Positions 18,764 through 28,542 of a DNA stretch of 46,436 nt are shown in pieces. Position numbers and translations under genes: made by a program. Origin of the DNA: Actinomycetota bacterium (GTDB taxonomy: Bacteria; Actinomycetota; Acidimicrobiia; Acidimicrobiales; JAMCQF01); assembly GCA_023379605.1 (NCBI GenBank), contig JAMCQF010000106.1, forward strand, positions 1-46,436, read 5' to 3'. Below the pieces are notes generated by a model. It was not told the origin of the DNA, searched no databases, and was given only the letters and a program-made list of their open reading frames with translations. Numbering within the stretch: the stretch's first letter is position 1; each line of letters opens with the position of its first letter.

Positions 18764-19962
18764 CTGGGCAGGATCTCCACCACGCAGGAGCGGTGAGCTG
18801 TAGCCACCCAGAGCGCACCCTTGCCCAAGGTAAGCTCGCGCGGAGAGCCCGGCAGCTTGAGGGCGGGTCCGTCGGGCCGACCGGTGGCAGGATAGAACGC
18901 CCTCAGCGTGTCACCGGTCCCGCTTGCGACCCAGAGGAGGTTGTGCCATACAGCCACCTCTTCTGGGTCATAGCCAGCCTTGAAGCTGGTGGCGTCCTTA
19001 AGGTTACTTAGATCGATCCTGGTAACGGTGTTGCCAGCCGTATCTGCTACCCACACCGCTCCGTGGCCAATTGCGATTCCGATAGGGCCCTTGCCAACCT
19101 TGAGGGTGCTGTAGCGCAGCGACCCTCTTTGCGGTACAGGGTCGATTCTTATGAGCACACCTCCCTGGCCTGTAGCCCATACAGATCCTGCGCCTGTGGT
19201 GATGCGCACCGGGGCATTGGGAAGCGATACTGTAGCTACGACCTTGGCTGTGTAGGGGTCAATGCGGCTGACGGTTCCAGCTACAAGGCTGGCTACCCAG
19301 ATCGCTCCGTACCCGGCCGCAAGGCCGACGGGGTCGCTGCCCACAGCTATGGGCTCTCCGGCCTTCTCAGCTCGAGGGTTGACCGGTGTCACAGTGCTCG
19401 TAGCTACGCTTGCGACCCAGAGCTTTCCATACCCAAAGACCGAGTCTATGGGCACCCTGGGAACCTTTACCGCTCTGCCCATGAGCTGACCGTCGTGCGG
19501 GTTGAACTGCTGGGCTGTGGCGGTTAGGTCATTGGTCAGCCACGCCCCCCCCTTTTCCACCTGGAGCGAAGAGACCTCTCCGTGGCGTACGACCTGAGCC
19601 ATAGCTGGAGGCGATACAGCGCTCTGAGCGGACAGCGGTCCGATGACCCCAGATGCCAGCAGGATCCCCGTTACGATCACCGCTGTCAGACCAACACCTA
19701 TGGCGGTGCGGCCAGGGGTGATCCGGTAGTGTCTACCAGTAGGCCGGTGGCTTGCCTGGGGTGGATGTTTCCTGGCTCTGGGTGGCGCGCTATCTCTCTT
19801 TGCCGTCAGTATCTGGCTCCTTGCAGAGCGGTGGCGCTTTGAGGGACGCCTTGGGGCGGGCGAGGCCGAGCGTGATTTGGACGGACTCCGGCTGCCCGAG
19901 GCCTTGGCAGCCATCACCTGGAGGTTCCTGGATCTAGTCCCATCTACCGTGCTCCTTGTCAC
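18760..19962 (-). CDS. Membrane-anchored beta-propeller protein (YncE/Vgb-like repeats)
   Basis: Basic N-terminus, one TM segment, then repeats such as VGSDPVGLAAGYGAIWVA...GTVSRIDP and VGKGPIGIAIGHGAVWVA...NTVTRID. Confidence 0.8.
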   Translation of the reverse strand: MTRSTVDGTRSRNLQVMAAKASGSRSPSKSRSASPAPRRPSKRHRSARSQILTAKRDSAPPRARKHPPQASHRPTGRHYRITPGRTAIGVGLTAVIVTGILLASGVIGPLSAQSAVSPPAMAQVVRHGEVSSLQVEKGGAWLTNDLTATAQQFNPHDGQLMGRAVKVPRVPIDSVFGYGKLWVASVATSTVTPVNPRAEKAGEPIAVGSDPVGLAAGYGAIWVASLVAGTVSRIDPYTAKVVATVSLPNAPVRITTGAGSVWATGQGGVLIRIDPVPQRGSLRYSTLKVGKGPIGIAIGHGAVWVADTAGNTVTRIDLSNLKDATSFKAGYDPEEVAVWHNLLWVASGTGDTLRAFYPATGRPDGPALKLPGSPRELTLGKGALWVATAHRSCVVEILPR

Positions 19963-20092
19963 TCCTGGTTAGACGTTGCTGCTGGAATAGCCAGCTCCCC
20001 GGGAAACCCAGCAGGAACCACCCTTGAGAAGAACTCCCTGTGTGGCAAAGACTTGCGCATGGTTCAGGCCATCAAAGGATTTGCAAACGGGT

Positions 20093-20119
20093 TAAGCACC
20101 ACCTGCGTTTAGCCGATAA
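20093..20119 (+). promoter_or_regulatory. sigma28 (FliA/WhiG-type) promoter TAAG-N15-GCCGATAA
   Basis: Exact GCCGATAA -10 element at 20112-20119 and TAAG at 20093-20096 with a 15-nt spacer, versus the TAAA-N15-GCCGATAA consensus. Confidence 0.8.
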
Positions 20120-20125
20120 CAGAAA

Positions 20126-21514
20126 GTGGTGTTTTATAGTGAAGATGGCGAGCGGAAAGCCAGGCAGGCGGAGGAGACGAGTCGATTGACCACAAAGCTC
20201 ACGCAGATCAAGTCAAGGTCCCCTACGTGGTGGACCCTTGCCTCCCTCCAAGACCCACCGCCAAAGGGGGCACAAGCTCAGGCACCCCTGCAGAGGATCT
20301 TCGGGCGCTCTGGGCCAGCGAGGAATGATCCACTGGAGATGCCTGGCACCGGGCCGGGCCAAATGGCAGATGAAGTTGAGCAGCTCCCGCTCTTGGCGCT
20401 CATGATGGATGCAGATCGGGGCGAAAGGTCAAAGACGGACCAGAAGGGATCTGTGGCTGATTCGCCAGGACCGCTTGTCTCATTTGTGGCTGAGCAGCGG
20501 CAAAGTAACCAGAGCAGCAGCCGTGCAGAGGTGCTGGCCCTTTTGTGGCTGGCCGGTGGGCTTTTGGCGCTTGTAGGGCTTGCCCTGCCGCAAACCGACG
20601 GTGTGAACCGCCTTGGCAACGATCTCACCGCACTCATGGGCATTCCCGCCGCTCTGGGTTTGGTGGTGTTACGCCGGAGGCTTCCCTCATGGAGCTATCA
20701 CGTGATCCTTGCAGCGGGCACCATAGCGGTAGGATGTGGGATCTTCTTTGAAGGCGGCGGCATAGGCTCTATCGCCGCGTCGGCGATCTTCGTCTGGGTG
20801 GCCCTCTATGCTGGTTACTTCTTTGCGCCGTGGCAGCTGGCAGTTCAACTCTCCCTGATGATCGCAGTGGATATTGGAGCGCTTCAGGCCCACATGCACA
20901 CCGGTGAGGCAGCAGGTGCAGCGGTGGTGCTCGGGGTAGCAGTGGTGGCAGGTGGGGTGGCTTCCTACTTGAGCGGCAAGCTCCGGCGCCAAGCCATCAC
21001 CGACCCGTTGACCGGAGCGCTGAACAGGCAAGGTTTTGCCCTGCTCCTTGAAGCTGAGATCAACAGAGCGGCGCGCTCCAAAGAGCCGCTCAGCCTGGCT
21101 GTGATCGATCTCGATTCTTTTAAGTATGTAAATGACTCCTACGGCCACCAGGTGGGCGACCGTTTGCTTGCATCGCTGGTAGAGCGGTGGCGGCCTGGCC
21201 TTAGGAAAGTAGATGTCCTTGCGAGATATGGTGGAGACGAGTTCGTGGCTATACTGCCCAACTGCGATCTCGACCGAGCGCGAGGCGTGATGGAGCGCTT
21301 GTCCAAAGAGGGTGGATATCCCTGCTCGATCGGCCTTGCACAGTGGCAATCCAATGAGGACTCAGAGTCCCTGGTCAGCAGGGCTGACCAGGCCCAGCGT
21401 GCGGCCAAGAGCACCGGCAAGGCAAGAGTAGCTACAGCCGAGCTAAGCTCTCCAAGCCCCCGGCTCGGCGCGAGCTCCCTGGCTGGCACGAGCCCAAGCA
21501 CATTCTGTAGTTGA
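20126..21514 (+). CDS. Membrane-bound diguanylate cyclase (GGDEF)
   Basis: About 6 TM segments, then TDPLTGALNR, IDLDSFKYVNDSYGHQVGD, RKVD (RxxD I-site) and RYGGDEF; start uncertain. Confidence 0.92.
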   Translation: MVFYSEDGERKARQAEETSRLTTKLTQIKSRSPTWWTLASLQDPPPKGAQAQAPLQRIFGRSGPARNDPLEMPGTGPGQMADEVEQLPLLALMMDADRGERSKTDQKGSVADSPGPLVSFVAEQRQSNQSSSRAEVLALLWLAGGLLALVGLALPQTDGVNRLGNDLTALMGIPAALGLVVLRRRLPSWSYHVILAAGTIAVGCGIFFEGGGIGSIAASAIFVWVALYAGYFFAPWQLAVQLSLMIAVDIGALQAHMHTGEAAGAAVVLGVAVVAGGVASYLSGKLRRQAITDPLTGALNRQGFALLLEAEINRAARSKEPLSLAVIDLDSFKYVNDSYGHQVGDRLLASLVERWRPGLRKVDVLARYGGDEFVAILPNCDLDRARGVMERLSKEGGYPCSIGLAQWQSNEDSESLVSRADQAQRAAKSTGKARVATAELSSPSPRLGASSLAGTSPSTFCS

Positions 21515-21563
21515 AGTTGTATGGAGGGCTCGGCGCGAGCTCCCTGGCTGGCACGAGCCCAAG
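21462..21563. repeat. Two identical 37-bp palindromic direct repeats separated by a 28-bp spacer (REP-like)
   Basis: ggctcggcgcgagctccctggctggcacgagcccaag at 21462-21498 and 21527-21563; GGCTCG...CGAGCC stem in each copy. Confidence 0.9.
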
Positions 21564-21633
21564 GTTTTGCACCGAAGAGCCAGGCGCTTATGGCTGAAGC
21601 CGTCGCAGGCAAAGACCGTTGGTAGGTGCCCCT

Positions 21634-23394
21634 TTAGTAGACAGAGACCAGGGTGCCCATATGCACCTGGGGAAATACCTGGGCAGCTACTGGAACGGGC
21701 AGCTCCACGCACCCAAGGCTCTGGGGAAAGCCGTAAGAGGCCCTTACGAAGCCGTGCACTGCGTCGCCACCGTTGAAGTAGTTGATCCAGTGCACAGGGT
21801 CGTGATAGTAGGTCCCGTTGGGGTTGTAGCCGCTCATGTAGTTGAAGGCAAAGCGCTCGTATATAGGATATGTGCCAGGTGCGGTGGGGGACTGTGGGAT
21901 GCCTGTGTTGGCAAGGCTGGTGAGCACTACCTTGCCGTTGCTCCACAGCCAAAGCCTCTCAGGCAGCGCCATGGAGACCTGTATCCATGTATAGGGATAC
22001 GGGTCCATCTTGTGGGCGAGCACGGCCTGGATGAGGCTTGGCCACAGCAGCGGGTTGGCCAGCCCGTCTGGGTCCAAGCCGTCCACCTGCTCAAAGGCCA
22101 TCACCGCGCCTTTTGTGACAACGCTGTACTGGCCAGGTGCCCAAAGAGAGGTGAGCTCTGTGGGAAAGCTCCACTTCCAGGCAAAGCTTCCAGGCAATGG
22201 AGCCTCTATGAGTGAAGCTTGTCCTGAAAGGGTTGAAGGCTCCACTACAGAGGGGCTAGCAGACCAGCTGAGGGGAAGATACCCAAGGGTCGCAAGCATC
22301 TGCTGGAGCCTGAGCGTGGAGCCGGGGGCGCCTTGGATGACAACGCTGGTGGTTGTGGAGCCAGCCCCACTGCCAGCCCCGCCGGCTGAAAAGCTGACCG
22401 GATCGGGTAGCTCCATGCGAATTTGCTCACCTGGCCAGAACTGAGGGCCTGAGGGAGTGAACTCCAAGGTGTAAGGGGTGGGATCCGACCAGGTCCCTTT
22501 TGGCACAAGGGCTCCTTTGACAACAGGGACAAAGCTAGGGAGCTTCTTGCCGAAGACCTTTGCAACAGGTTTCGACAGCGTGAGCTCCAAAGGAGAGGAG
22601 ACCCCTTGGGCCGCTGTTGCCACAGAAGGGCTGAGGATCGCCATGGTGGTGGCTTTGTGCAGCGTTGCAAAATAGACCAGGTGTGCTGGTTTGGGCAGGG
22701 CCTCCCAGGTATCTGGAACAGCCGAGATGCTCACAGTGCCAGCCTGGCCTTTTGAGAGGCTCGGGAGAACCTTTATAGCTGTTGCGGGCTCGGCAAGCTT
22801 TATGGTCGGATCTGATCTAGGGGTCGCTACCGAAACCTCACGCACAGCCACGTTGAACTTGGCGACAACCGCCTGGCCTGGCCGGGCAAGCACCACCGGG
22901 TTGACTAGGTGGGCATAAGGGGTTCTCACCTGCTCGCTTAGCTCCTGTGTGGTTCCTGCCAGCCAAGATATCCAAGAAGGCCTTTGGACCTCAGCTGCAA
23001 CATGGACTTCGGTGTCCACAGGAAGTGGGCATGTAGGCAGGAGGCTGCCAGAGTGGTCCAAAAGGGTCACCTCATGGTCGGAGTAGCTCGCATAGGCGTG
23101 CACGAGATGGCCACCTGCACCTCCGAGCTGCAGATCCGCCAGCGCCACAGAGGATGGCTTGAAGCTCGCTTTTGGCCAGGCAAGCAGCCAGAACGCCACC
23201 CCGAAGGCCACCAGCACGCCAAGAGCTGCCAGTGAGATGAAAAGCGCACGCGGGTGGGGACGTGAGGGATCTTTGTGCGAGTGGGCGTGGGTGCTTTGGG
23301 GATGCCGATTAGCTTTGTCAACGGCTCTTCCAAGCATCCGCAACCGTGAGAAGGCGGAGAGCTCAGAACTTGAGGAGTCAGTCATCTTTCCCAC
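21634..23394 (-). CDS. L,D-transpeptidase (YkuD domain) with N-terminal TM anchor and peptidoglycan-binding segment
   Basis: LRLQQMLATLGY and TKGAVMAFE..DGL.PDG peptidoglycan-binding pattern; catalytic HGFVRASYGFPQSLGCV; alternative start ATG 23385. Confidence 0.9.
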   Translation of the reverse strand: MGKMTDSSSSELSAFSRLRMLGRAVDKANRHPQSTHAHSHKDPSRPHPRALFISLAALGVLVAFGVAFWLLAWPKASFKPSSVALADLQLGGAGGHLVHAYASYSDHEVTLLDHSGSLLPTCPLPVDTEVHVAAEVQRPSWISWLAGTTQELSEQVRTPYAHLVNPVVLARPGQAVVAKFNVAVREVSVATPRSDPTIKLAEPATAIKVLPSLSKGQAGTVSISAVPDTWEALPKPAHLVYFATLHKATTMAILSPSVATAAQGVSSPLELTLSKPVAKVFGKKLPSFVPVVKGALVPKGTWSDPTPYTLEFTPSGPQFWPGEQIRMELPDPVSFSAGGAGSGAGSTTTSVVIQGAPGSTLRLQQMLATLGYLPLSWSASPSVVEPSTLSGQASLIEAPLPGSFAWKWSFPTELTSLWAPGQYSVVTKGAVMAFEQVDGLDPDGLANPLLWPSLIQAVLAHKMDPYPYTWIQVSMALPERLWLWSNGKVVLTSLANTGIPQSPTAPGTYPIYERFAFNYMSGYNPNGTYYHDPVHWINYFNGGDAVHGFVRASYGFPQSLGCVELPVPVAAQVFPQVHMGTLVSVY

Positions 23395-23630
23395 CAGAGC
23401 AGTCTTATGCAGTCAGTCAGCTCATTGGAGGACCTGCATCTTAGAAGCTGCCTCGAGCGGCACAAGGAAAAGCTGATGGGCGTGTCTAGCATCCGCCCCC
23501 TGCTTGCGCTCCCGCTGCCAAATCGAGCAAGTTCCATTACAGGTCTCCTCCACTCACCATGATGGCCTAGCTGAGAGCAGATGCGCGCGCGGGCCAATCA
23601 GATGTGGATACGAAACCCGGTGTCCCACAC

Positions 23631-25415
23631 CTACCAGGGAAGATTCTGAGCAACGCGCTCTGTGCTGTAAAGCATTCCTTCCTTCAGGTGCATGAGCCTG
23701 TCTGCTTCGCGGATGTCTGCTCTGCGGTGGGTGACCAGCAGCACTGCCTTGCCCTGGGTTGCGTTGACAAGATCGTCTATGAGCGCATCTGCAGTAGCAC
23801 TATCCAGGCTTGCAGTAGGCTCATCGAGCAACAGCACCGGAAAACCTCCAAGTAATATCCTAGCAAGAGCTAAACGCTGCCGTTCACCGCCAGATACTTC
23901 GGCTCCACGTTCTCCCACGTAGGTTGCCAGGCCCGCAGGCAGAGCTCCCACCCACTGTTCAAGCTGGGCTACAGACAGCGCTGTTGTGAGCTCCTCGTCG
24001 GTCGCATCGGGCTTTGCTACTCGAAGGTTCTCAGCTATTGAGGCGGAGAAGAGATAGGCGCGCTGATCGAGAGCTCCTATCAACCTTCGGATATCATCCC
24101 CTCTTAAGTCATCAAAGGCCGTACCGCTCAAATACGCGCTACCGCCATATAGTGGCCAGAACCGCAGGAGCAGGTGTACAAGGCTCGTCTTGCCCGATCC
24201 GCTGCGACCCATGATCGCCACCCGCTCGCCTGCTGGGAGCTCCAAGTCGATCCCGCTCAGCACCTGGCGAGTAGAGCTCGGGTAGCGAACCGCTGCATTT
24301 TGCAGAGATACATCTGGTGCCCCCAGAGGGATGACGAGCTGGCGATCAGGCTCCTTGACCGGTGGTGGCACGCGTTCCAGCTCAAAGAGCCTTCTTGCTG
24401 CCTGGATGTCCCTTTGGAGCTCCAAGAGCGCACTGGGCAGGTTGGAGACCATATCCATAGCAGCCAGCCCGAGCACCGGAAGGATCGCCAGATCGACTCC
24501 AGGTAGGTGTGCCCCTTGGACGTAGGGGATCGCGACGGCGAGCATGCCGAGCGCGGTACCACCGTTTGCGGCCAGGCCCAGCGCTTCGACCAGCCCCCTT
24601 CGTCGTGCCCTTGCCTTCTCCAAAGAGGCCACCTTGGCGTCTAGATGCAAGACATGGTCGTTTAGCTCGCCGGCCCGGCCCCAGGCAGCCAGCTCGAAGG
24701 CACCCTGGAGGATATCGACAACATCGGCAACAAGCCGGGCAGAGCTATGAGCCAGCTCTTTTGCCTTTGAAGCGCCCAGCTGCGAAGCGAGAAATGGAAT
24801 GAGCAATCCCCCCGAAACCAGCCCAGCTGCCAGGATCAGCCCCGCCCAGGGCACGAAGAACCAGGCAAGGGCGATTGCGAGGACAGAAGCGATAGTTGAC
24901 ACTGCAATGGGCTCGAGCACACGCAGGTAGAAGTTCTGGAGTATGTCCACATCAGCCACGCAACGGGCCAGGAGATCCCCACTTCTCGCGCCACCTAGAG
25001 CTCCTGGCGATAGGGGCTCTAGAGCTTCAAAGCTGAGCACCCTCAGCTTTGAGAGGACGCGCATGGCGCGGTCATGGCTGGTGAGCCTTTCGGCATAGCG
25101 GAGCCCGGCTCTACCCAGGGCGAAGAGCTGCACGGCCCCGATCACAGCCGTGAGGCTCAGCACAGCGGGGTGCTGAGAGGCGCGATCGAGGAGCCAAGCT
25201 GAAGTGCTGGCGAGCCCAATAGCGCACAGCGACGCCCCGGCCCCCAGAGCCACAGCAGCACAGCTCTGGCGCGACAGGGGCGCAGCCAGGCGGGTGAGCC
25301 TGACCAGGATGGCGGGTGTAGTGAGCTCTTTCGCTGTTGGATTGAGGTCGAGCCCTGCTGTGATGGAGTCCCAGCTTGCACTTGGATCGGGCTCTTTCAT
25401 TGGGGAGTCAACCAT
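23631..25415 (-). CDS. cydC: Thiol reductant/heme ABC exporter subunit CydC
   Basis: SAWLL, RYAERLTSHD, SGDLLAR..D.D, Walker A GRSGSGKT, SGGERQR, LLDEPT. Confidence 0.93.
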   Translation of the reverse strand: MVDSPMKEPDPSASWDSITAGLDLNPTAKELTTPAILVRLTRLAAPLSRQSCAAVALGAGASLCAIGLASTSAWLLDRASQHPAVLSLTAVIGAVQLFALGRAGLRYAERLTSHDRAMRVLSKLRVLSFEALEPLSPGALGGARSGDLLARCVADVDILQNFYLRVLEPIAVSTIASVLAIALAWFFVPWAGLILAAGLVSGGLLIPFLASQLGASKAKELAHSSARLVADVVDILQGAFELAAWGRAGELNDHVLHLDAKVASLEKARARRRGLVEALGLAANGGTALGMLAVAIPYVQGAHLPGVDLAILPVLGLAAMDMVSNLPSALLELQRDIQAARRLFELERVPPPVKEPDRQLVIPLGAPDVSLQNAAVRYPSSTRQVLSGIDLELPAGERVAIMGRSGSGKTSLVHLLLRFWPLYGGSAYLSGTAFDDLRGDDIRRLIGALDQRAYLFSASIAENLRVAKPDATDEELTTALSVAQLEQWVGALPAGLATYVGERGAEVSGGERQRLALARILLGGFPVLLLDEPTASLDSATADALIDDLVNATQGKAVLLVTHRRADIREADRLMHLKEGMLYSTERVAQNLPW

Positions 25416-27321
25416 CTGCTGGTTCCCTAGGCATCTGCATCTGGGGGTTTCCGAGCTCGAAGGTGCAGTCGGCACCTTGGACGAGGATGGGGCGGTGGGT
25501 CATGACCAGCACGGTCCGGCCAGCTAGGTAGCTCCATAGCGATGAAGCAACCTCCTGCTCGGTCTCTGCATCCAGGTGCTCTGTGGGCTCATCAAGCACG
25601 TAGAGCTTTGCTGGTCGCAGTAGGGCACGTGCCAGCGCGAGCCGCTGGCGCTGGCCGGCAGAGAGTCTCCAGCCACCCTCGCCCAAGACCGTGTCCAAAC
25701 CATTCGGGAGAGCGTTCACCACCTCAGTTGCCCCGGCCGCATCGAGCGCAGCGGCGATCTCTTCACCGCCCGCCTTCGGGGCGGCAAGGCGAAGGTTCTC
25801 GGCCACGCTGGCAGAGAAGATGGTCGGTTCTTGTGGAAGCCAGGAGACCTGCTCTCTCCAGCTCTTGATCGCGATGGTTACCAACCTCTCGCCATCCACT
25901 AGAAGCTGACCGGCATCTGGCTGGACGAAGCCCAAGACAAGCAGGCCGAGCGTGCTCTTTCCCGATCCGCTGGGGCCGACAATGGCGAGGTGGCTACCTG
26001 CCTCGACGGATAGATCCAGCTCAGACAGAGCCGGCTTTTGCCTGCCTGGCCAAGTAAAGCTCACATGCTCCATATGCAGTGACACAGAGCTGGTTCCAGC
26101 TCGACCCAGCTCAGCTGGCTCTGGCAGCACGAGTTGCGGCTTTAGGCGAGAAGGTGAGCTCTCATCAGGGCTCATCTCAGCTATATGTGGGGGGAAAGGC
26201 GCCGCATCGATAGAAATGGCCTGCCTATCGGGTTCCAGGGGTGGTTGCGCAATATGGCCAGGCAGCTCAAGCAGGTCCAGGATCCGCCCAGAGGCCCCCA
26301 CCCCTTCTGCGGCTGAATGGAACTGGCTGGAGGCCCTACGCAGCGGCAGGTACACCTCAGGGGTGAGGAGAAGTATCGCAAGGGCCGGTGCAAGCGATAT
26401 CTGGCCAGAGATAAGCTTCAGACCGAGCACTAGGGCCACCAGAGCCGTGGAGAGAGATGCGAGCAGCTCAAGGACCAGCGAAGAGAGAAACGCGTAGCGA
26501 AGCGTCTGCATGGTCTCCTCGCGCAATTCGTCTGTGATCCTGGCTATGGTTCGTGCCTGGGCCTTTGCACGGCCGAAGAGGCGTAGCGTCGGGAGGCCCT
26601 GGACTACGTCGAGGAAGTGACCGCTCAGCCTCTCGACCCGCTCCCACTGGCGATCCATCCGGCTACGAGCTTCCTGCCCGAGCAGGAACATGAACACGGG
26701 TATAAGCCCAAGGGTGACGCACAGGATCAAAGCCGAGAGCCAGTCGGCTGTGATGACCCAGGCAACTATCACAGCCGGTGCCACCACGGCCAGTATGAGC
26801 TGGGGCAGGTACCGTGCGAAGTAGCCGTCCAGCCCGTCCAGCCCGTGCGTGGCTGTAACGGCGATCTGGCCTGTACGCTCCCCAGCTAGCCAGACCGGCC
26901 CGCGCTCTGTGATGGCTCCAAGCAGCCGCCTGCGAAGCGAGCTTTTGACCTTTGAGCTGCCATCTTGGGCTTGCACCTCTCCAAGCTGGGCGAGAAGGGC
27001 CCTACCTACCACGGCGATCCCCAAGGTCATAAAATCTCCACCAGTTGCGAGCAACCCGCGGTTGCCCAAGAAGACCTTGGTGACAATGGAGGCCAGGGTC
27101 ACGGCTTGGACGACGAGAAAGGCTGTTTGCCCAGCGCCTATGGCACCTGCTGCCAAGACAGCCAGACGTGCCGGTGCTGCCTCACGCAGGAGCCTCCTGT
27201 CAAGGGTGGAGCCACGGCTCGACTGCGGTGGCTGCGAAGCGGTCTTGCCCGTGGGGAGATGGTTGTCCCTGTCAAGGGTTGAGCCACGGCTCGACTGCGG
27301 ATCAGCCTTGGGAGTGCTCAC
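25408..27321 (-). CDS. cydD: Thiol reductant/heme ABC exporter subunit CydD
   Basis: LDRRLL, YFARYLPQ, FLDVVQGLPTL, TMQTLRYAFLSS, PEVYLPLR...FH, GPSGSGKS, LSAGQRQR. Confidence 0.93.
   Translation of the reverse strand: MSTPKADPQSSRGSTLDRDNHLPTGKTASQPPQSSRGSTLDRRLLREAAPARLAVLAAGAIGAGQTAFLVVQAVTLASIVTKVFLGNRGLLATGGDFMTLGIAVVGRALLAQLGEVQAQDGSSKVKSSLRRRLLGAITERGPVWLAGERTGQIAVTATHGLDGLDGYFARYLPQLILAVVAPAVIVAWVITADWLSALILCVTLGLIPVFMFLLGQEARSRMDRQWERVERLSGHFLDVVQGLPTLRLFGRAKAQARTIARITDELREETMQTLRYAFLSSLVLELLASLSTALVALVLGLKLISGQISLAPALAILLLTPEVYLPLRRASSQFHSAAEGVGASGRILDLLELPGHIAQPPLEPDRQAISIDAAPFPPHIAEMSPDESSPSRLKPQLVLPEPAELGRAGTSSVSLHMEHVSFTWPGRQKPALSELDLSVEAGSHLAIVGPSGSGKSTLGLLVLGFVQPDAGQLLVDGERLVTIAIKSWREQVSWLPQEPTIFSASVAENLRLAAPKAGGEEIAAALDAAGATEVVNALPNGLDTVLGEGGWRLSAGQRQRLALARALLRPAKLYVLDEPTEHLDAETEQEVASSLWSYLAGRTVLVMTHRPILVQGADCTFELGNPQMQMPREPADG
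27196..27300. repeat. 33-bp direct repeat x2 (1 mismatch), period 72 bp, in the cydD 5' end
   Basis: cctgtcaagggt(g/t)gagccacggctcgactgcgg at 27196-27228 and 27268-27300; encodes PQSSRGSTLDR twice. Confidence 0.9.
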
Positions 27322-27342
27322 GCCTTTGGCGGCCTGGGCGCG

Positions 27343-28500
27343 TCAGGATCCTTCTGCGGGCGCCATGGGATCAGCCTTGTCAGGCACCGGTCCGACCTTT
27401 TCGCTGGATGGCACGGTGGTGGCCACACCGCCAGGTGGTGGCCCAGCGGCAGCGGATGTGCCAAGCGGTGGTTGCTCTGTTGGCCGCATCACCCGCTTGC
27501 GGAACACCCAGTAGGACCAGCCCTGGTACAGCAGGACTATGGGAGCGAAGATACCTGCAACTATGGTCATAACGACCAGGGTGTAGTGAGCCGACGCTGT
27601 GTTGACTATCGTAAGGTCATAGGCTGGCGAGACGCTCGATACCATGACACGCGGGTACAGGTTCAACAGCAGCGTCCCTACCGTCAAGATGATGGCGAGC
27701 CCGGTGGAAAGGAAAGCCCAACCATCCAGGTGCTCGCTCACGAGCCACGCTGTTGAGATCACCGCCACGATGGCAAGAAGCGGGATGAATGATGGCACTA
27801 TGCCTGTGTCATGAGCCCCGATGGCATTGGAAAATGTCCACGACAGAAACGCTATCACAGCAGCTATTGCAACTGGTGCGATACGCCTAGCAGCGCTTCG
27901 AGCGCGCTCGCGTAGGTCTCCTGTAGTCCTAAGCGATACGAAAGTGGACCCATGCAGGCAAAACAGTGCCAATAGGGTTATCCCGCCCAGGATCGAGTAC
28001 GGGGTAAGCAGGTGCCAGAACCCGGCTACATAGCGGCCGTCCTTGCCTATCGGGACCCCAGCTACGAAGTCGGCAAATGCCACGCCCCAAAGTATCGACG
28101 GCAATAGGCTTCCCCAGAAGATCGCACGGTCCCATGAAGCCCGCCAGGCAGGGGCACGGTTGTGGTTGCGGAACTCGAAGGCGACCCCTCTTACTATAAG
28201 GGCGAGCAGGATCAAAAGGAGCGGAAGGTAAAAGCCCGAGAAGAGCAGGGCATACCAGCGGGGAAATGCAGCAAAGGTCGCCCCGCCCGCCACTATTAGC
28301 CACACCTCGTTGCCATCCCAGACCTGCCCAAAGGTGTTAAGCAGCACCCTACGATCGAGATCGTCCTTGGCAATGAACGGGAGCAGGATGCCCACTCCGA
28401 AGTCGAACCCTTCGAGGAAGAAGTACATGAGCCACATGACGCCTATGAGCATGAACCAGAAGACCTGGAGTGTCCCAGGATGGATTGCACCTACAACCAT
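27343..28500 (-). CDS. cydB: Cytochrome bd quinol oxidase subunit II
   Basis: LEGFDFGVG, WDGNEVWL, FAAFP, RGVAFEFR, YQGWSYWVFRKR. Confidence 0.96.
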   Translation of the reverse strand: MVVGAIHPGTLQVFWFMLIGVMWLMYFFLEGFDFGVGILLPFIAKDDLDRRVLLNTFGQVWDGNEVWLIVAGGATFAAFPRWYALLFSGFYLPLLLILLALIVRGVAFEFRNHNRAPAWRASWDRAIFWGSLLPSILWGVAFADFVAGVPIGKDGRYVAGFWHLLTPYSILGGITLLALFCLHGSTFVSLRTTGDLRERARSAARRIAPVAIAAVIAFLSWTFSNAIGAHDTGIVPSFIPLLAIVAVISTAWLVSEHLDGWAFLSTGLAIILTVGTLLLNLYPRVMVSSVSPAYDLTIVNTASAHYTLVVMTIVAGIFAPIVLLYQGWSYWVFRKRVMRPTEQPPLGTSAAAGPPPGGVATTVPSSEKVGPVPDKADPMAPAEGS

Positions 28501-28542
28501 GGCGATCATCCCTTCCCTTGAAGGTGTCCTTGGCAAGCGGTC

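Noticed and set aside
21462-21563. CRISPR array call
   Set aside because: Only two repeats, one inside a CDS, with no leader or cas genes; kept as a repeat
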